From NCBI GenBank assembly GCA_963693055.1, contig OY843751.1, positions 4,576,001 to 4,640,000 of the forward strand: a stretch of DNA of 64,000 nucleotides, in the 5' to 3' direction. Position 1 is the first letter of the stretch. Each line of letters begins with the position of its first letter. The notes under the pieces are model-generated. The model was given only the letters and a program-made list of their open reading frames with translations. It ran no database searches and was not told the origin of the DNA. This DNA comes from a bacterium. Lineage in GTDB: Bacteria > Zhuqueibacterota > Zhuqueibacteria > Residuimicrobiales > Krinioviventaceae. A program made the position numbers and the translations under genes. Of the stretch, positions 48,835-60,030 are shown in pieces.

Positions 48835-49653
48835 ATGAAAAACAAATTGCTAACAAAACGTTTCTTGAACACTCTACTGGTCATAACAACTCTGGGCCTT
48901 TTATTATCAATGTTTACAGGTTGTACAACAACTCAGAAAGTAGTATCTGATCGTGACTATTACCAGCTCAAAATTTATCAACTCAGCAGTCAAGGACAAA
49001 TGGACCAGGTTGACAATTATTTAAAAACCGCCTATATACCGGCCTTGCATCGTGCGGGAATCCCTCAAGTAGGCGTATTTAAACCCAGACAACAGGAATC
49101 CGAAACCAGCATGCAGATCTGGGTTTGGGTACCATTCAAATCATTAGATCAGTTCAAGGGGCTGGATTTCATTCTTGCTAAAGACGGACAATATCAATCA
49201 GATGGCGACGCTTATATCAATGCCGCTCCGGATAAAGCACCCTATGACCGTATTGAAAGCATCCTGTTACTGGCTTTTTCAGCACAACCGCATTTTGGCA
49301 CATTTTCTTACGACAATCCGGTCAAAGACAGAATTTACGAACTGAGAAGCTATGAATCTCCAACCGAGAAAAAACATGTCAACAAGGTAGACATGTTTAA
49401 CAATGGCGAAGTCCAAACCTTTAACGCTATTGGTTCCAATCCCCTGTTTTTTGGTCAGGTTATTTCCGGGCCATGTATGCCCAACCTGATGTACATGACC
49501 ACATACAAAGACAGTGCATCTCATGCGGTACAGTGGAACAAATTCAGAACTCATCCCGACTGGCTGGCAATGAAAGACCTGCCCGAGTACGCGGACAATG
49601 TTTCTAAAAACACAAAATACTATCTATACCCCACCGAATATTCTGACATCTAG
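48835..49653 (+). CDS. NIPSNAP-family lipoprotein (tandem paralog)
   Basis: Lipobox FTGC; same motifs as the previous gene. Confidence 0.87.
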   Translation: MKNKLLTKRFLNTLLVITTLGLLLSMFTGCTTTQKVVSDRDYYQLKIYQLSSQGQMDQVDNYLKTAYIPALHRAGIPQVGVFKPRQQESETSMQIWVWVPFKSLDQFKGLDFILAKDGQYQSDGDAYINAAPDKAPYDRIESILLLAFSAQPHFGTFSYDNPVKDRIYELRSYESPTEKKHVNKVDMFNNGEVQTFNAIGSNPLFFGQVISGPCMPNLMYMTTYKDSASHAVQWNKFRTHPDWLAMKDLPEYADNVSKNTKYYLYPTEYSDI

Positions 49654-49663
49654 ACCCATTATT

Positions 49664-49695
49664 AAACAGGCAGGCTATTAATGCCTGCCTGTTTT
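49664..49695 (+). terminator. Intrinsic terminator
   Basis: aaacaggcaggc-tattaat-gcctgcctgtttt. Confidence 0.7.
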
Positions 49696-49802
49696 AATCA
49701 ATCACACCTAATATCCTTGCTACTATTGCAGATGAAACAATTAAACACTATATTGTGTGCAATTGAAATAATTAGCCATGCATCAAAAATCAGGATCCCA
49801 CA

Positions 49803-50450
49803 GTGAAACGTACATCTTTGATTATTTTCATCACGGCAATCATAACCATATCCTTGTACTACTGGGGTCAAAGAATACATGTGTATTTTTTCAAACCCCT
49901 TACAACAGCACTCATTATCTTACTTGCCGCGCAGGGTGCTTTTAAAACTCGTAATAAATATGGATATCTTGTAACAATCGGATTGGTCTTTTGCATTATG
50001 GGCGATGTATTTCTAATGCTTCCCGGTAAAACTTTTATCAAAGGTTTATCCAGCTTTCTAATCGCTCACTTGTTTTTCATCGCTGCGTTTCTCACAGAAG
50101 GATTTTATATTACCTGGTATATTTTGCTGATTTTGGGATTAACCGGAACCATAATATTTGCAATATTTTTTCCATCACTGAACGGCCTCCTTTGGCCGGT
50201 TCTGTTTTATTTATCCGCCATACTTTTTATGGCATGGCAGGCTATTGAACAATGCGTTCACATTCCTGCAAAAAACAAAACCTTTGCAGCAATAGGTTCA
50301 ATACTTTTTCTAACATCCGATTCCTTTTTGGCTTTTAACAAATTTCATACATCACTTCCATTATCTCACTTTTTGATTCTTGCTACCTATTATGCAGCAA
50401 TTTATTTTTTAGCGTTATCCGTTCATGATCCTGCTTTTCAAAAAAATTGA
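49803..50450 (+). CDS. yhhN: Lysoplasmalogenase, YhhN family
   Basis: FFKPL, GDVFLM, GLSSFLIAH, FLTSDSFLA, ILATYYAA. Confidence 0.88.
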   Translation: MKRTSLIIFITAIITISLYYWGQRIHVYFFKPLTTALIILLAAQGAFKTRNKYGYLVTIGLVFCIMGDVFLMLPGKTFIKGLSSFLIAHLFFIAAFLTEGFYITWYILLILGLTGTIIFAIFFPSLNGLLWPVLFYLSAILFMAWQAIEQCVHIPAKNKTFAAIGSILFLTSDSFLAFNKFHTSLPLSHFLILATYYAAIYFLALSVHDPAFQKN

Positions 50451-50501
50451 ATAGATACAGATAATTCTTTTTTTATTAAAAATTTTGATTAATTTAATTG
50501 C

Positions 50502-51785
50502 ATGAATATACATAGAGACATAAATAAGCTGCTAAACGCTAAAGTCATTACACCTGAAACAGCGGCAGACATTCAGGCCTATTACCAAAACCGAAAGGCC
50601 AATGCCACAAACCGTTTGTTTGTCATTTTTGGAATTCTGGGTGCATTGCTGGTTGGACTGGGTATCATCCTTATATTTGCCCATAACTGGGACACGCTGC
50701 CACGTTTATTCAAAACCGGTTTGACATTTCTGTTGCTTGTCATTGCCCAACTGATTTGCAGCTATGCAATTACAAAAAAATCAGATAGCATCGCCTGGCG
50801 CGAAAGTAGTACCGTCTTTTTGTTCCTGATCATTGGTGCAACCATAGCCCTGATCGGTCAGATCTATCATTTGCCCGGCAATTTGGGACGGTTTCTATTA
50901 ACATGGATGCTGCTGGGGCTTCCGCTTGTGTATCTGGCAAAATCATCCATTTCATCTATACTGTACATTATCGGAATAACCGCATACGCCTGCGAGATAG
51001 GCTATTGGATGCATCCGGTAGCCGAGTCATGGCTATATTGGATTTTATTACTGGCCATTATCCCCCATTTTATCATATTAATTCGCAATTATCCGGAAAG
51101 CGGATTTACAACATTGCACAAATGGCTATTTCCCCTTTCGCCAATTATTGCACTGGGCACAATAGCGTTCAACAATACTGAATTTATGTTTGTTGCTTAT
51201 ATCAGCATGTTTGGTTTGTATCATATTATTGGCAACACACTATTCAATGATGAGAAAAGAACGATCAACAATGCTTTTACATTAACAGGGATTCTGGGGA
51301 CCCTCTCCCTCTTGTTAACATTGAGTTTTGACTGGTTCTGGAACGAACTGCAAAAAAGTTCATTCCATCCTGAATATATGCTGATATCCAGAGAAGGAAT
51401 TATAGCCATACTCGTCACATTGTCAGCAATCGTTTTAAAAATAATAATGGCTACCCGATATAAAAAAACAGATCTGTCTCCCTTTTCATATGCCTTTATT
51501 CTCTTTTTCTTTATTTTCCTTGCAGGAATGGCAACACCCGGCGCAGTATTTCTAATTAATCTCTTAATATTTGCAATGGGGCTGGGTGGAATTATTATGG
51601 GTACCAAAAATGGTGAAATTCTAGAATTAAATCTTGGCTTGCTGGTCATGTCTGCATTGATCATCTGTCGTTTTTTCGATACGGAATTCAGCTTTGTGAC
51701 CCGGGGAATTATTTTTGTTTTAATCGGCTCCGGCTTTTTTACAGCAAACTATTGGATGTTAAAAAAGAGAAAAGCCAATGCGTAA
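50502..51785 (+). CDS. DUF2157-type membrane protein
   Basis: GALLVGLGIILIFAHNW, GATIALIGQIYHL; overlaps the GDYXXLXY-type gene, a usual pairing. Confidence 0.82.
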   Translation: MNIHRDINKLLNAKVITPETAADIQAYYQNRKANATNRLFVIFGILGALLVGLGIILIFAHNWDTLPRLFKTGLTFLLLVIAQLICSYAITKKSDSIAWRESSTVFLFLIIGATIALIGQIYHLPGNLGRFLLTWMLLGLPLVYLAKSSISSILYIIGITAYACEIGYWMHPVAESWLYWILLLAIIPHFIILIRNYPESGFTTLHKWLFPLSPIIALGTIAFNNTEFMFVAYISMFGLYHIIGNTLFNDEKRTINNAFTLTGILGTLSLLLTLSFDWFWNELQKSSFHPEYMLISREGIIAILVTLSAIVLKIIMATRYKKTDLSPFSYAFILFFFIFLAGMATPGAVFLINLLIFAMGLGGIIMGTKNGEILELNLGLLVMSALIICRFFDTEFSFVTRGIIFVLIGSGFFTANYWMLKKRKANA

Positions 51786-52341
51786 AAATAAAATCATACT
51801 ATTGTTATTCATAATCGTTGCGATGGTCCAGCTCTTTGTCCCTGCATCCATGATAATCGATCGGGAAAACGTAATAAAGAACGGTAATAAGTTCAATTTC
51901 CTCACCGAACCGGTTGACCCCAACGACCCCTTTCACGGCAAGTATATCGACCTTGCGTTTACTGAAACAGAATTCCCCCTAAATAGTGATACCTCCTGGG
52001 TACCTAATGAAACGGTATTCGTTATTCTTGAAACAGACAAAGACGGCTTTGCCCGGATCCAATCCGTATCCAAGGAAAAGCCTCAAAACTCGACAGACTA
52101 TATCAAAGCTCGGGTTTATTATGTCCGCGCTGACGATGCAAATACAATGGTCATCAATTACCCCTTTAGCCGATTTTATATGCAAGAGACAAAGGCCCAA
52201 AACGCAGAAGACCAGTTCAGAAAAGCCCAACGCAATAATACAAAAAGTACCTATGCCATCATAAGCGTATTAAATGGCAAAGCAGTTATTCTTGATATTA
52301 TGATAGATAACGTCTCTGTTACCAAGCTCGCAAAACCATAA
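51778..52341 (+). CDS. GDYXXLXY-domain protein
   Basis: EPVDPNDPFHGKYIDLAF, RFYMQE. Confidence 0.82.
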   Translation: MRKNKIILLLFIIVAMVQLFVPASMIIDRENVIKNGNKFNFLTEPVDPNDPFHGKYIDLAFTETEFPLNSDTSWVPNETVFVILETDKDGFARIQSVSKEKPQNSTDYIKARVYYVRADDANTMVINYPFSRFYMQETKAQNAEDQFRKAQRNNTKSTYAIISVLNGKAVILDIMIDNVSVTKLAKP

Positions 52342-52344
52342 ATT

Positions 52345-54282
52345 TTATTTCAATAACAGCATACGAATTATTTCTTGTTGTCCATTTACTGACAATACCG
52401 CAGTATAAATTCCACTCGAAACAGAATTTCCTGCTCTGTCTATCCCTCGCCAGTCTGTTGTATACGTTCCTGCTGCTAATGCTTCCGAAACAAGCGTTGT
52501 CACTTTTCTTCCTGTAACATCAAAAATATCCAATGTAATAAAGGTATTTTGAGAAATTGTATATTGAATAACAGTTCCCGCATTAAATGGATTTGGGTAA
52601 TTGTTAAACAATTTCCACCCATCCGGATTCATATATTTTTCATCAATTGTAGTATTTGTGGAATTGTCAACACTAGCAGAGACGCCGGCAATTTCAACAG
52701 GAGCTTTATCCATAGCTTGATAAAATACGGAAAAACCTCCAACCTTTTCAGTATCATAAGCATTCAAATCCGCAACAAAGCGAGGTTCCAGGGTCTGGTA
52801 ATACATAGTCACTGAAATATTGTAATTCGTCACCGTATTATCAACATGCATCTTGTATGTAATATAATCACTCCCGGCTCCTTCCTGTCCATCATCATAA
52901 ATATTAAAATTATTATCAGTTAATGCATTTCCACAGATGGCAATATCATTATAATGTTCAACTGTGCTCATGAATCCTGTGGGTGGAATACGATTATCTT
53001 TGGCGTATTCTGCTCCCCGCAGCAAGGTATAGGTAACATCCCCATTTATATCTTTCATAATTGCCTGGTAAATTTGTACCTGATTTGGTTGTCTAATCAC
53101 ATCATGATGAGGTTCATAACCGTCATCAATGCCTGACAGCTCACCATTTTCATCCGGTTTCCCGGATTCGAAAACAATATTTTCATTATGATCTTGAATG
53201 ACAACATGCAACCATGCCCGGCGACTGGGAAATCCGGTGGGGAACTTGTGCCCTGCAAGATTTTCAACAAGCACCCGGATTACCAGGGTATCATCATCAA
53301 TTCGGGCTGTTGCAGATAAATTAACAGACTGCTGCTGTAACAGCCTTTTTGATTTACTCAAAGTACTGTCAAAATTTTGTATTGTTGCCGTTGCGCCAAG
53401 AACATCCAGATTATCTCTTATCAAGGTATTCATAAATATATTACCACCCACAAAATCATGCCCCCAGATGGGTGAACGCTTTGTTGTAAGTGACGGAGGC
53501 CTTGTTGAGATGAGCATCGGTTCTTCTGTAACCGGCATATGACAGGTCTGACATTCAACAGACTCGCCGGGAAAGCTGCTGTTTTCCCATTCCAGATAAG
53601 GTGTCTGTTCCGGGAAATAACCAGCCACCCGGCCTGCGTCATCCACAAAAGGTGTATACAAGGTATGACATGTGGCACATAATTCTGACTTGTGTACATG
53701 CTCAGAATATAAAGGGGTATACCCTGTCATATTAAACATCGGCATTGTTGTTGGATTAGTAAAAGGGCCAAATATGGAATGCGCATTGGTAATATCGTAC
53801 CCCCCGGTAAAACTGGTCTCTGTACCTAAATTGGAATTTTGGATTTGATGACAGAGCGTGCAGCTCACTCCATCCATACTCAAGGGATCAGACAAACCTT
53901 CATCAAATGTAAATCCCTCTGCCCTTATAATAACTGATTCTGTACGTCCCATTGGCATATGACAGGTTGTGCATTTATCCTCAATCACCGCTTGCAATGC
54001 GGGATGGGCTGCAACCTCGGCACTGACTTTTGCCTGCCAGAGTGGGTCTCGTGAAGCATTGGCCATCATGGTTGAGCGCCAAAACGTCGTGGGTGATACA
54101 TCATTTCCACTCTGTGTTGTAAATGCATTTCCATCAAAAATATGACATTGGGCGCAATTACCAGAGCCGGAAAAATGTGTAGAAGTAGAAATTGGCAAAG
54201 CTTGAGAATAAATTGAAAGCGAAAAGAAAAATAAAATTGAAAGAATAATGGGCAGGATTTTGAAAAAATGCATTTTTTTCAT
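52345..54282 (-). CDS. Secreted pentaheme c-type cytochrome with C-terminal sorting tail
   Basis: Five CxxCH motifs (CAQCH, CTTCH, CTLCH, CATCH, CQTCH), AGHKFPTG..SRRAWL, NNYPNPFNAGT tail. Confidence 0.88.
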   Translation of the reverse strand: MKKMHFFKILPIILSILFFFSLSIYSQALPISTSTHFSGSGNCAQCHIFDGNAFTTQSGNDVSPTTFWRSTMMANASRDPLWQAKVSAEVAAHPALQAVIEDKCTTCHMPMGRTESVIIRAEGFTFDEGLSDPLSMDGVSCTLCHQIQNSNLGTETSFTGGYDITNAHSIFGPFTNPTTMPMFNMTGYTPLYSEHVHKSELCATCHTLYTPFVDDAGRVAGYFPEQTPYLEWENSSFPGESVECQTCHMPVTEEPMLISTRPPSLTTKRSPIWGHDFVGGNIFMNTLIRDNLDVLGATATIQNFDSTLSKSKRLLQQQSVNLSATARIDDDTLVIRVLVENLAGHKFPTGFPSRRAWLHVVIQDHNENIVFESGKPDENGELSGIDDGYEPHHDVIRQPNQVQIYQAIMKDINGDVTYTLLRGAEYAKDNRIPPTGFMSTVEHYNDIAICGNALTDNNFNIYDDGQEGAGSDYITYKMHVDNTVTNYNISVTMYYQTLEPRFVADLNAYDTEKVGGFSVFYQAMDKAPVEIAGVSASVDNSTNTTIDEKYMNPDGWKLFNNYPNPFNAGTVIQYTISQNTFITLDIFDVTGRKVTTLVSEALAAGTYTTDWRGIDRAGNSVSSGIYTAVLSVNGQQEIIRMLLLK

Positions 54283-54675
54283 CTTTGTGATCTCCAGTTC
54301 AATTTCAACACATAATTTTTAAACATGGTCACAATTTAATTTCTATTTATATCAAGATAGCAACTTCTATTCCAGAATCAATCTAAATATATATTTTTAT
54401 GTTAATTAACCATAAAATATTCAAGTCAGATTTATTCATTCATTTCGTTACCAGTAACTTGCAATCTCAAAAAAACAGGCATTTTTTCATCTTTTATGGA
54501 ATTGATTTCACAATCCAATGGTCTAATGGGTGTTTAATGATGGTTAAATCCGGTAGAATTAACCGATAAACTTTTATTAAAATCCATCACAAAATCAAGA
54601 TATCTGCAAACATCAGGCAACGTAATTATTCAAAAACCCCAACCCATCAACAAAATAAAAGGGAGACCCAATATC

Positions 54676-55356
54676 ATGCTTAAGGAATCGACAAGGCCCA
54701 CACTTTTTAAAATTTTGTATATACTATTGTTTTCCCTGGCCGTGTTCTCATTTGTCAATTGCAGCGACGATGATCTCGTTGGCGATTGGACAGAGCTGTC
54801 TGATCTCGATGGAAACGAATGGACCAAAATCATCAGCATTGAGGGTAGTAAGCGTAAAGATGCGGTAGCCTTTGTTGTTGATGGTTTAGGTTATGTGTGC
54901 ACAGGAATAGCAAATGGTTCATATGAAGATGACTTTTGGGCGTATGATCCTCAGGCAGGTAACTGGGTCAAAAAACGTGATATTTATAATGTCTCTGACA
55001 ACGAATACGATGATGATTATACCAACATTATTGGTACCAACAAAGTTGCTTTTTCTGTAAATGGCAAAGGTTATGTTGCTACCGGTGGTCTGAGTTCAAC
55101 CGGTACTGCTGTTTGGGAATATAATCCCGAAACAGATTTATGGACTCAAAAAACCTCACTTGAAGCCACCTCACGTCTCGATGCAGTTGGCTTCACAATT
55201 GGTGATATTGGTTACATAGCCACAGGTAAAGACGGCAGTGCTGAGGATGATGACTTTGACGACCTGTGGGGATTCAAGCCCGGAGCTACACAGGTAGATC
55301 TGAATAAAATTATTGTCGTAGACAATAGCAGTTCTATGCTTATCGTCAATAATTAA
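54676..55356 (+). CDS. Kelch-repeat lipoprotein, probably internally deleted
   Basis: Lipobox FVNC; RKDAVAFVVDGLGYVCTG, DFWAYDP, WEYNP, DDLWGFKP; only about 3 blades. Confidence 0.7.
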   Translation: MLKESTRPTLFKILYILLFSLAVFSFVNCSDDDLVGDWTELSDLDGNEWTKIISIEGSKRKDAVAFVVDGLGYVCTGIANGSYEDDFWAYDPQAGNWVKKRDIYNVSDNEYDDDYTNIIGTNKVAFSVNGKGYVATGGLSSTGTAVWEYNPETDLWTQKTSLEATSRLDAVGFTIGDIGYIATGKDGSAEDDDFDDLWGFKPGATQVDLNKIIVVDNSSSMLIVNN

Positions 55357-55438
55357 AATCTGGCCGGCCTGTGCAATCAATACACACAGGCCCCGGTTCC
55401 AGATCAAAAAAACCGATTCATTCTAAAATGAGACTTTT

Positions 55439-56680
55439 ATGAATATAAAGATAAAACAGGTACCCGGTTTTGCAGCGATAGTTTATATTCTGCATACCTT
55501 GATATTGTTCAGTTCCGGATTTTTCTTTCCTGTTCCAAAGATTCGGATACCTCTATGGGTTCAGATTATGTCAATTCACAAACCGGGTACCAGTTGATTG
55601 ACACATTGTCTGTAAACCTCTCCACAATCATCATAGATACACTCAAGGCTCCAAGCTCGGGCAGCATTCTTTTGGGACACCATAGTGATGAAACTTTTGG
55701 AGATGTTTCTTGCAGCAGTTTTTTTCAATTGGGAATTCCGGATACATTGAATATTGAAACGACAGACACATATGACTCACTTGCATTGGTGCTTACCTAC
55801 AACAAATATGCTTATGGAGACACTACACTTTTACAGAAAATTTTGGTCCACCAATTAACCGAGGTTATAGATGAAAAAGACTCGCTCATTACCAATCAAA
55901 CCACTTACGAGTATAATCCCAATCCTATTGGCTCAATTGTCTACACACCTTCTCCTAATAATCCTGTAGACACATTGGTAATAAGAATAGACGATGCAAT
56001 TGGTCGTGATTTGTACACAAAAATCATTCAGGAAAATTCTATTGTTACCAATATAAATGATTTCATCGACTATTTTAAAGGACTCGCACTCATTGTTGAT
56101 GATGCATACAAAGGCTGCATTGTAGGATTTGAAGGCGATGTAGGAAAAGTCAAGCTATCGTTTTTCACTACCCGAAAGGCGTATGATACGGAACACCTGG
56201 TTCATGAATTCAGTCTTTACAATACCTCAAAGCAATTCAATCATATTACACATGATTTTAGTACTACACAATTGAGCGCACTGATTAATCAGAAAAACCC
56301 GCTTCCAAGTACTGAGACCAATGGTCTGGCGTATTTGTATGGTGGAATTGGTCTTGCTATCCGGGTAGATTATCCATCACTGGGAGACTTCTATACCTTG
56401 ATCGCGGAAAGATACTAAAAGCAACACTCTCACTTGCCCCCCTAAAGGGCAGTTATAATGAATATGACCTGCCATCACAGATATATATTTATGAGGCAGA
56501 TATTCTCAACAACTATGATTATACCGGCAATCATTATTCTTCTTACCAGTATTTAGACAATCTCTATCATGAGGAAACCTATTATACTTTTGATTTAACC
56601 GGTTTTATCACTGATAAAGTATCCGATTCTTATATTGATCCTGACAGAGGTCAATTCTGCGGCTGTAAACATAGGTATTA
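55439..56680 (+). pseudogene. DUF4270-like lipoprotein, two frameshifts and truncated 3' end
   Basis: Signal peptide from ATG 55439 joins LSC after a 1-nt loss near 55520; second shift near 56388 continues as ILKATLSLAP...YYTFDLTGFI. Confidence 0.7.
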
Positions 56681-56829
56681 GAATTCCCTGGAACCGAATC
56701 AACATTCTCAATCTTGCTCTGGAGTATGGGCAGGAAGGCACACTGAACCGTGAGCTGATCAAAGACAATTACTTTCAAGTATACCTCAACCTCACCATCC
56801 ACGATTTTTGGAATGTTCGCAAAAGATAA
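56650..56829 (+). pseudogene. C-terminal remnant of an outer-membrane (FadL/OmpP1-like) protein
   Basis: LNLALEYGQEGTLNRELIKDNYFQVYLNLTIHDFWNVRKR resembles the end of Bacteroidetes barrel proteins; no 5' part present. Confidence 0.55.
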
Positions 56830-56831
56830 TA

Positions 56832-56870
56832 AAAAAAGGGATTGAGCCAATTTTGCTCAATCCCTTTTTT
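56832..56870. terminator. Bidirectional intrinsic terminator
   Basis: aaaaaagggattgagc-caatttt-gctcaatccctttttt between convergent genes. Confidence 0.85.
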
Positions 56871-56892
56871 AACAAATGCACTAAACTAGAAA

Positions 56893-57257
56893 TCAATTTA
56901 TAGGTAACATTCTAATTCTATGTTTGTTGTCATCAATGCTTACAATCGCGCCTTTTTCTAAAAATTCTTTTGAGGAATCTAGAACAAATAATAATCGTCC
57001 ATTTACATTTTCTGGTTTAGCATTAGATAAACGCAATAAAATCACACTTGGCAGTTTTCCCCGGATGCGGCCATAAAGTCCGTAAAATCAAGGTCAAACG
57101 TTAAAACGGATCTATTTTCTTTTATGGCAATATCAAGAATTTCAGTATCAGTAGCTTTCTGCAATCCTCTATCCCGGACATGTAAAATATCACATTTATG
57201 AACACGTAAAAAATTTACTGTACTTGATGAAATACACATATCGGCGAGAAATTTCAC
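56893..57257 (-). pseudogene. DUF5615 PIN-like toxin, frameshifted
   Basis: MKFLADMCIS...DTEIL...VLTFDLDF; adding one A near 57056 continues LPSVILLRL...RIRMLPIN to TGA at 56893. Confidence 0.8.
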
Positions 57258-57490
57258 ACCAAAGCCTCGGGTGTAGTGACAATTTCATCCATTGCTAAAT
57301 AAGCTGCATATTTGAGACATTGTTGAATATCAAGTGGGTCCAAATCAGAATATTCACGCAATATTTCTTCATTCGTTAAACCGTTTGCCAACAAATTCAG
57401 TACCATAGATACAGTAATTCGCATTCCCCTTATACACGCTTTTCCCCCCATAATATGTTTATTGAATGTTATTCTATCCAAAGTGTTCAT
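57254..57490 (-). CDS. DUF433 antitoxin
   Basis: RITFNKHIMGGKACIRGMRITV...EEILREYSDL; GGAG RBS before ATG 57490; 4-bp overlap with the toxin. Confidence 0.9.
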   Translation of the reverse strand: MNTLDRITFNKHIMGGKACIRGMRITVSMVLNLLANGLTNEEILREYSDLDPLDIQQCLKYAAYLAMDEIVTTPEALV

Positions 57491-57566
57491 TACATATCTC
57501 CACAACTTGTTTACTGTAACATAAAAAGTTATATCAGATAATGTTAATATTTTTCTAAATAGGTCA

Positions 57567-58838
57567 TTAAATCTTTCCACAGCACTTTTTATATTTCTTT
57601 CCGCTGCCACAGGGACAGGGATCGTTACGTCCTACGTCGGCATGATCTTTACGTATAGTTTTTGTCTTTTGCGGCTCCTTCATGCCCCGCTCAATCATCC
57701 ACGCATCCGCCATTTCACGCAATTTTGTATCTGCATGTTCGAAAAACATTTTATAAGATTGACAAAACTGGTTTGAGCCACCGGTTTCAGGGTTCCCGGA
57801 CCGGTCTTTGGGGCATCCGCCATAACAGTGATTCAACCATTTACAGGTTTCACATTCGAGGGGCCGTTTCAATTTTTCCGCGCCAAACATATTTTGCAAT
57901 GGAGAGTTTAGCAAATCACCCAGATTATCATCCTCAAGTGTACCCAGCTTCCATTCAGGATCTACAAAAAAATCACAGGAATAGACATCACCATTATGTT
58001 CTATAACAGTATATATACCGCATTCTTTTAGCAGGGTACATTCAGGTGCATCATAACCAACATAGGTGTAAAATAATGAATCAAACCATCGTACCGATGT
58101 AGTGGGCATGCCCATTCTAAAATCACTTTGCCATAAATCAAAAATCTTGCACAAGAACTCACCAAAAGCCTCGGGCGTTACGGTATAGGGTGCCGCCTTT
58201 CCGGGATTCAAGGGATCGGGCTCCACACAGGGTATAAATTGCATGTGAGAGAGACCACCCTTTTTATGAAAATCATAGATCTCTTCCGGATATTGAACAG
58301 AATAGTCATTCACAACCACGAGTGCATTCACCTCGGTTCCCACCTCCAGCATAACATTTCGGGCCTTAACAACACGCTCCCAACTGGATTTACCACTGGG
58401 GAATTTGCGGTACTGATCGTGAATATGCTGTGGACCGTCGAGTGATAAACCCACCAGAAACTGTGCGTCTTTGAGAAACCGGGCCCACTCTTTATTGATT
58501 AACACACCATTGGTTTGCAGCCCGTTTCCAACGACCTGCCCCTGCCTGCCATATTTACGCTGATATTCAACAGCTTTTTGATAAAATTCCAATCCCATCA
58601 GAGTGGGTTCGCCACCCTGCCACCCAAAAGAAACACTTTGTCCACCCTGCTGCATAACCTGACGGACCATTTCTTTCAATGTCTCATCCGACATGCGATG
58701 TACCTTTTGAGCTGCAAACATGTCAGCCTTTTCAAGATAAAAGCAATACGTACACCCCAGGTTACAGTCAGGACCAGCAGGTTTAACAAGTACAGAACTC
58801 AGTGTCTTTTTCATAATGGGCCTTGGTGATTTATTCAA
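57567..58838 (-). CDS. Anaerobic sulfatase maturase (radical SAM/SPASM) with SEC-C motif
   Basis: [73 protein letters not shown]. Confidence 0.93.
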   Translation of the reverse strand: MNKSPRPIMKKTLSSVLVKPAGPDCNLGCTYCFYLEKADMFAAQKVHRMSDETLKEMVRQVMQQGGQSVSFGWQGGEPTLMGLEFYQKAVEYQRKYGRQGQVVGNGLQTNGVLINKEWARFLKDAQFLVGLSLDGPQHIHDQYRKFPSGKSSWERVVKARNVMLEVGTEVNALVVVNDYSVQYPEEIYDFHKKGGLSHMQFIPCVEPDPLNPGKAAPYTVTPEAFGEFLCKIFDLWQSDFRMGMPTTSVRWFDSLFYTYVGYDAPECTLLKECGIYTVIEHNGDVYSCDFFVDPEWKLGTLEDDNLGDLLNSPLQNMFGAEKLKRPLECETCKWLNHCYGGCPKDRSGNPETGGSNQFCQSYKMFFEHADTKLREMADAWMIERGMKEPQKTKTIRKDHADVGRNDPCPCGSGKKYKKCCGKI

Positions 58839-59994
58839 AATGTGATTTAAAATTCTCTAACAGTTTGTTTAAAACCAATATACCTTGCTCTAATTGAGCG
58901 GTTTCAATAAATTCATCTTCTGTATGGGCCTGCTGCATGTCTCCCACGCCCCATAACAAAGTGTCATAACCGGCACCACTAAACTGTCCGGCATCAGAAT
59001 ACCAGGGTGCGGTTCGTAACACGTGCTCAACTTCCATAGCCTCAAGAGTTTCCTGCAACAATGGCAGTAACCGGGAATCCTCTTTTAATGCAAAGGGCGG
59101 ATATAAAAGGATTTCATTGTATTCTGCACCCCTGACAGTATTGATAAAATTCAACAGACTGCTTTTATATCCCTCAATATCCGAACCCGGACCATAACGG
59201 CAATCTACCGTCACTTCACAACTGTTGGGTATAATATTGATAGCATCTCCCCCTTTAACCAGGGTCATACTCAATGCGTTCCCATCTGTACTTTCAATAA
59301 CGGATTTCAAATCTGATTTTAAAAAATGCATAACATCTGTCATGATATCAATTGCATTGCTTCCCAAATGTGGCGTTGAAGAATGACAGGATTTTCCGGT
59401 TGTCTGGATTTGAAATCGCCACGTTCCATTATGACCGGTAACAATATCCATATTGGTAGGTTCTCCGGACAGCACCATATCCAAAGGTATGGGTCTACGC
59501 ACTAAATCTTTAGCGCCAAATGTACCGCCTTCTTCTCCCATAGTAGCCAAAAAGATCAGGTTAAAAGGCAAATCCTCATACTGGTGTTTTTCAAACCAGT
59601 TTAACATTGCAGTAATCATAACAGCCATCGTACCTTTAACATCTGTTGCACCACGTCCGTACAAGTAACCATTACGGATCTCGGCTCCAAATGGAGAAAT
59701 TGTCATACCCTCGGTACTGACGGTATCCAAATGCGCTTCAAAAGCAAGTGTAGGTAAACCCGGAACAAAAGTCTGGTGCCGGGCCATCATATTGGAGCGT
59801 TTCCCGTCAACGGGGAACAAATTGACCTGAAAATTAAAATTTTCAAAATATTGTTTCAGCCATTGTGCTAAAAAGGCCTCGCCCATCCCGGTTTCACCAT
59901 GGTCAGCGGTGGGGACTGAATTAATTTTAACCAGCTCTACAGCAAGATCAACAACATTTAATATTTCATGATAAATGCACAAACATCTGGCCAT
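58831..59994 (-). CDS. M20 metallopeptidase (ArgE/DapE family)
   Basis: [39 protein letters not shown]. Confidence 0.9.
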   Translation of the reverse strand: MARCLCIYHEILNVVDLAVELVKINSVPTADHGETGMGEAFLAQWLKQYFENFNFQVNLFPVDGKRSNMMARHQTFVPGLPTLAFEAHLDTVSTEGMTISPFGAEIRNGYLYGRGATDVKGTMAVMITAMLNWFEKHQYEDLPFNLIFLATMGEEGGTFGAKDLVRRPIPLDMVLSGEPTNMDIVTGHNGTWRFQIQTTGKSCHSSTPHLGSNAIDIMTDVMHFLKSDLKSVIESTDGNALSMTLVKGGDAINIIPNSCEVTVDCRYGPGSDIEGYKSSLLNFINTVRGAEYNEILLYPPFALKEDSRLLPLLQETLEAMEVEHVLRTAPWYSDAGQFSGAGYDTLLWGVGDMQQAHTEDEFIETAQLEQGILVLNKLLENFKSHFE

Positions 59995-60030
59995 TTATTG
60001 CATTCTTTCCTTATGTTAAGATGATAAATT

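Noticed and set aside
57491-57610. Longer 118-aa start for the DUF433 gene
   Set aside because: Overlaps the maturase 3' end; ATG 57490 has an RBS and gives a typical domain length
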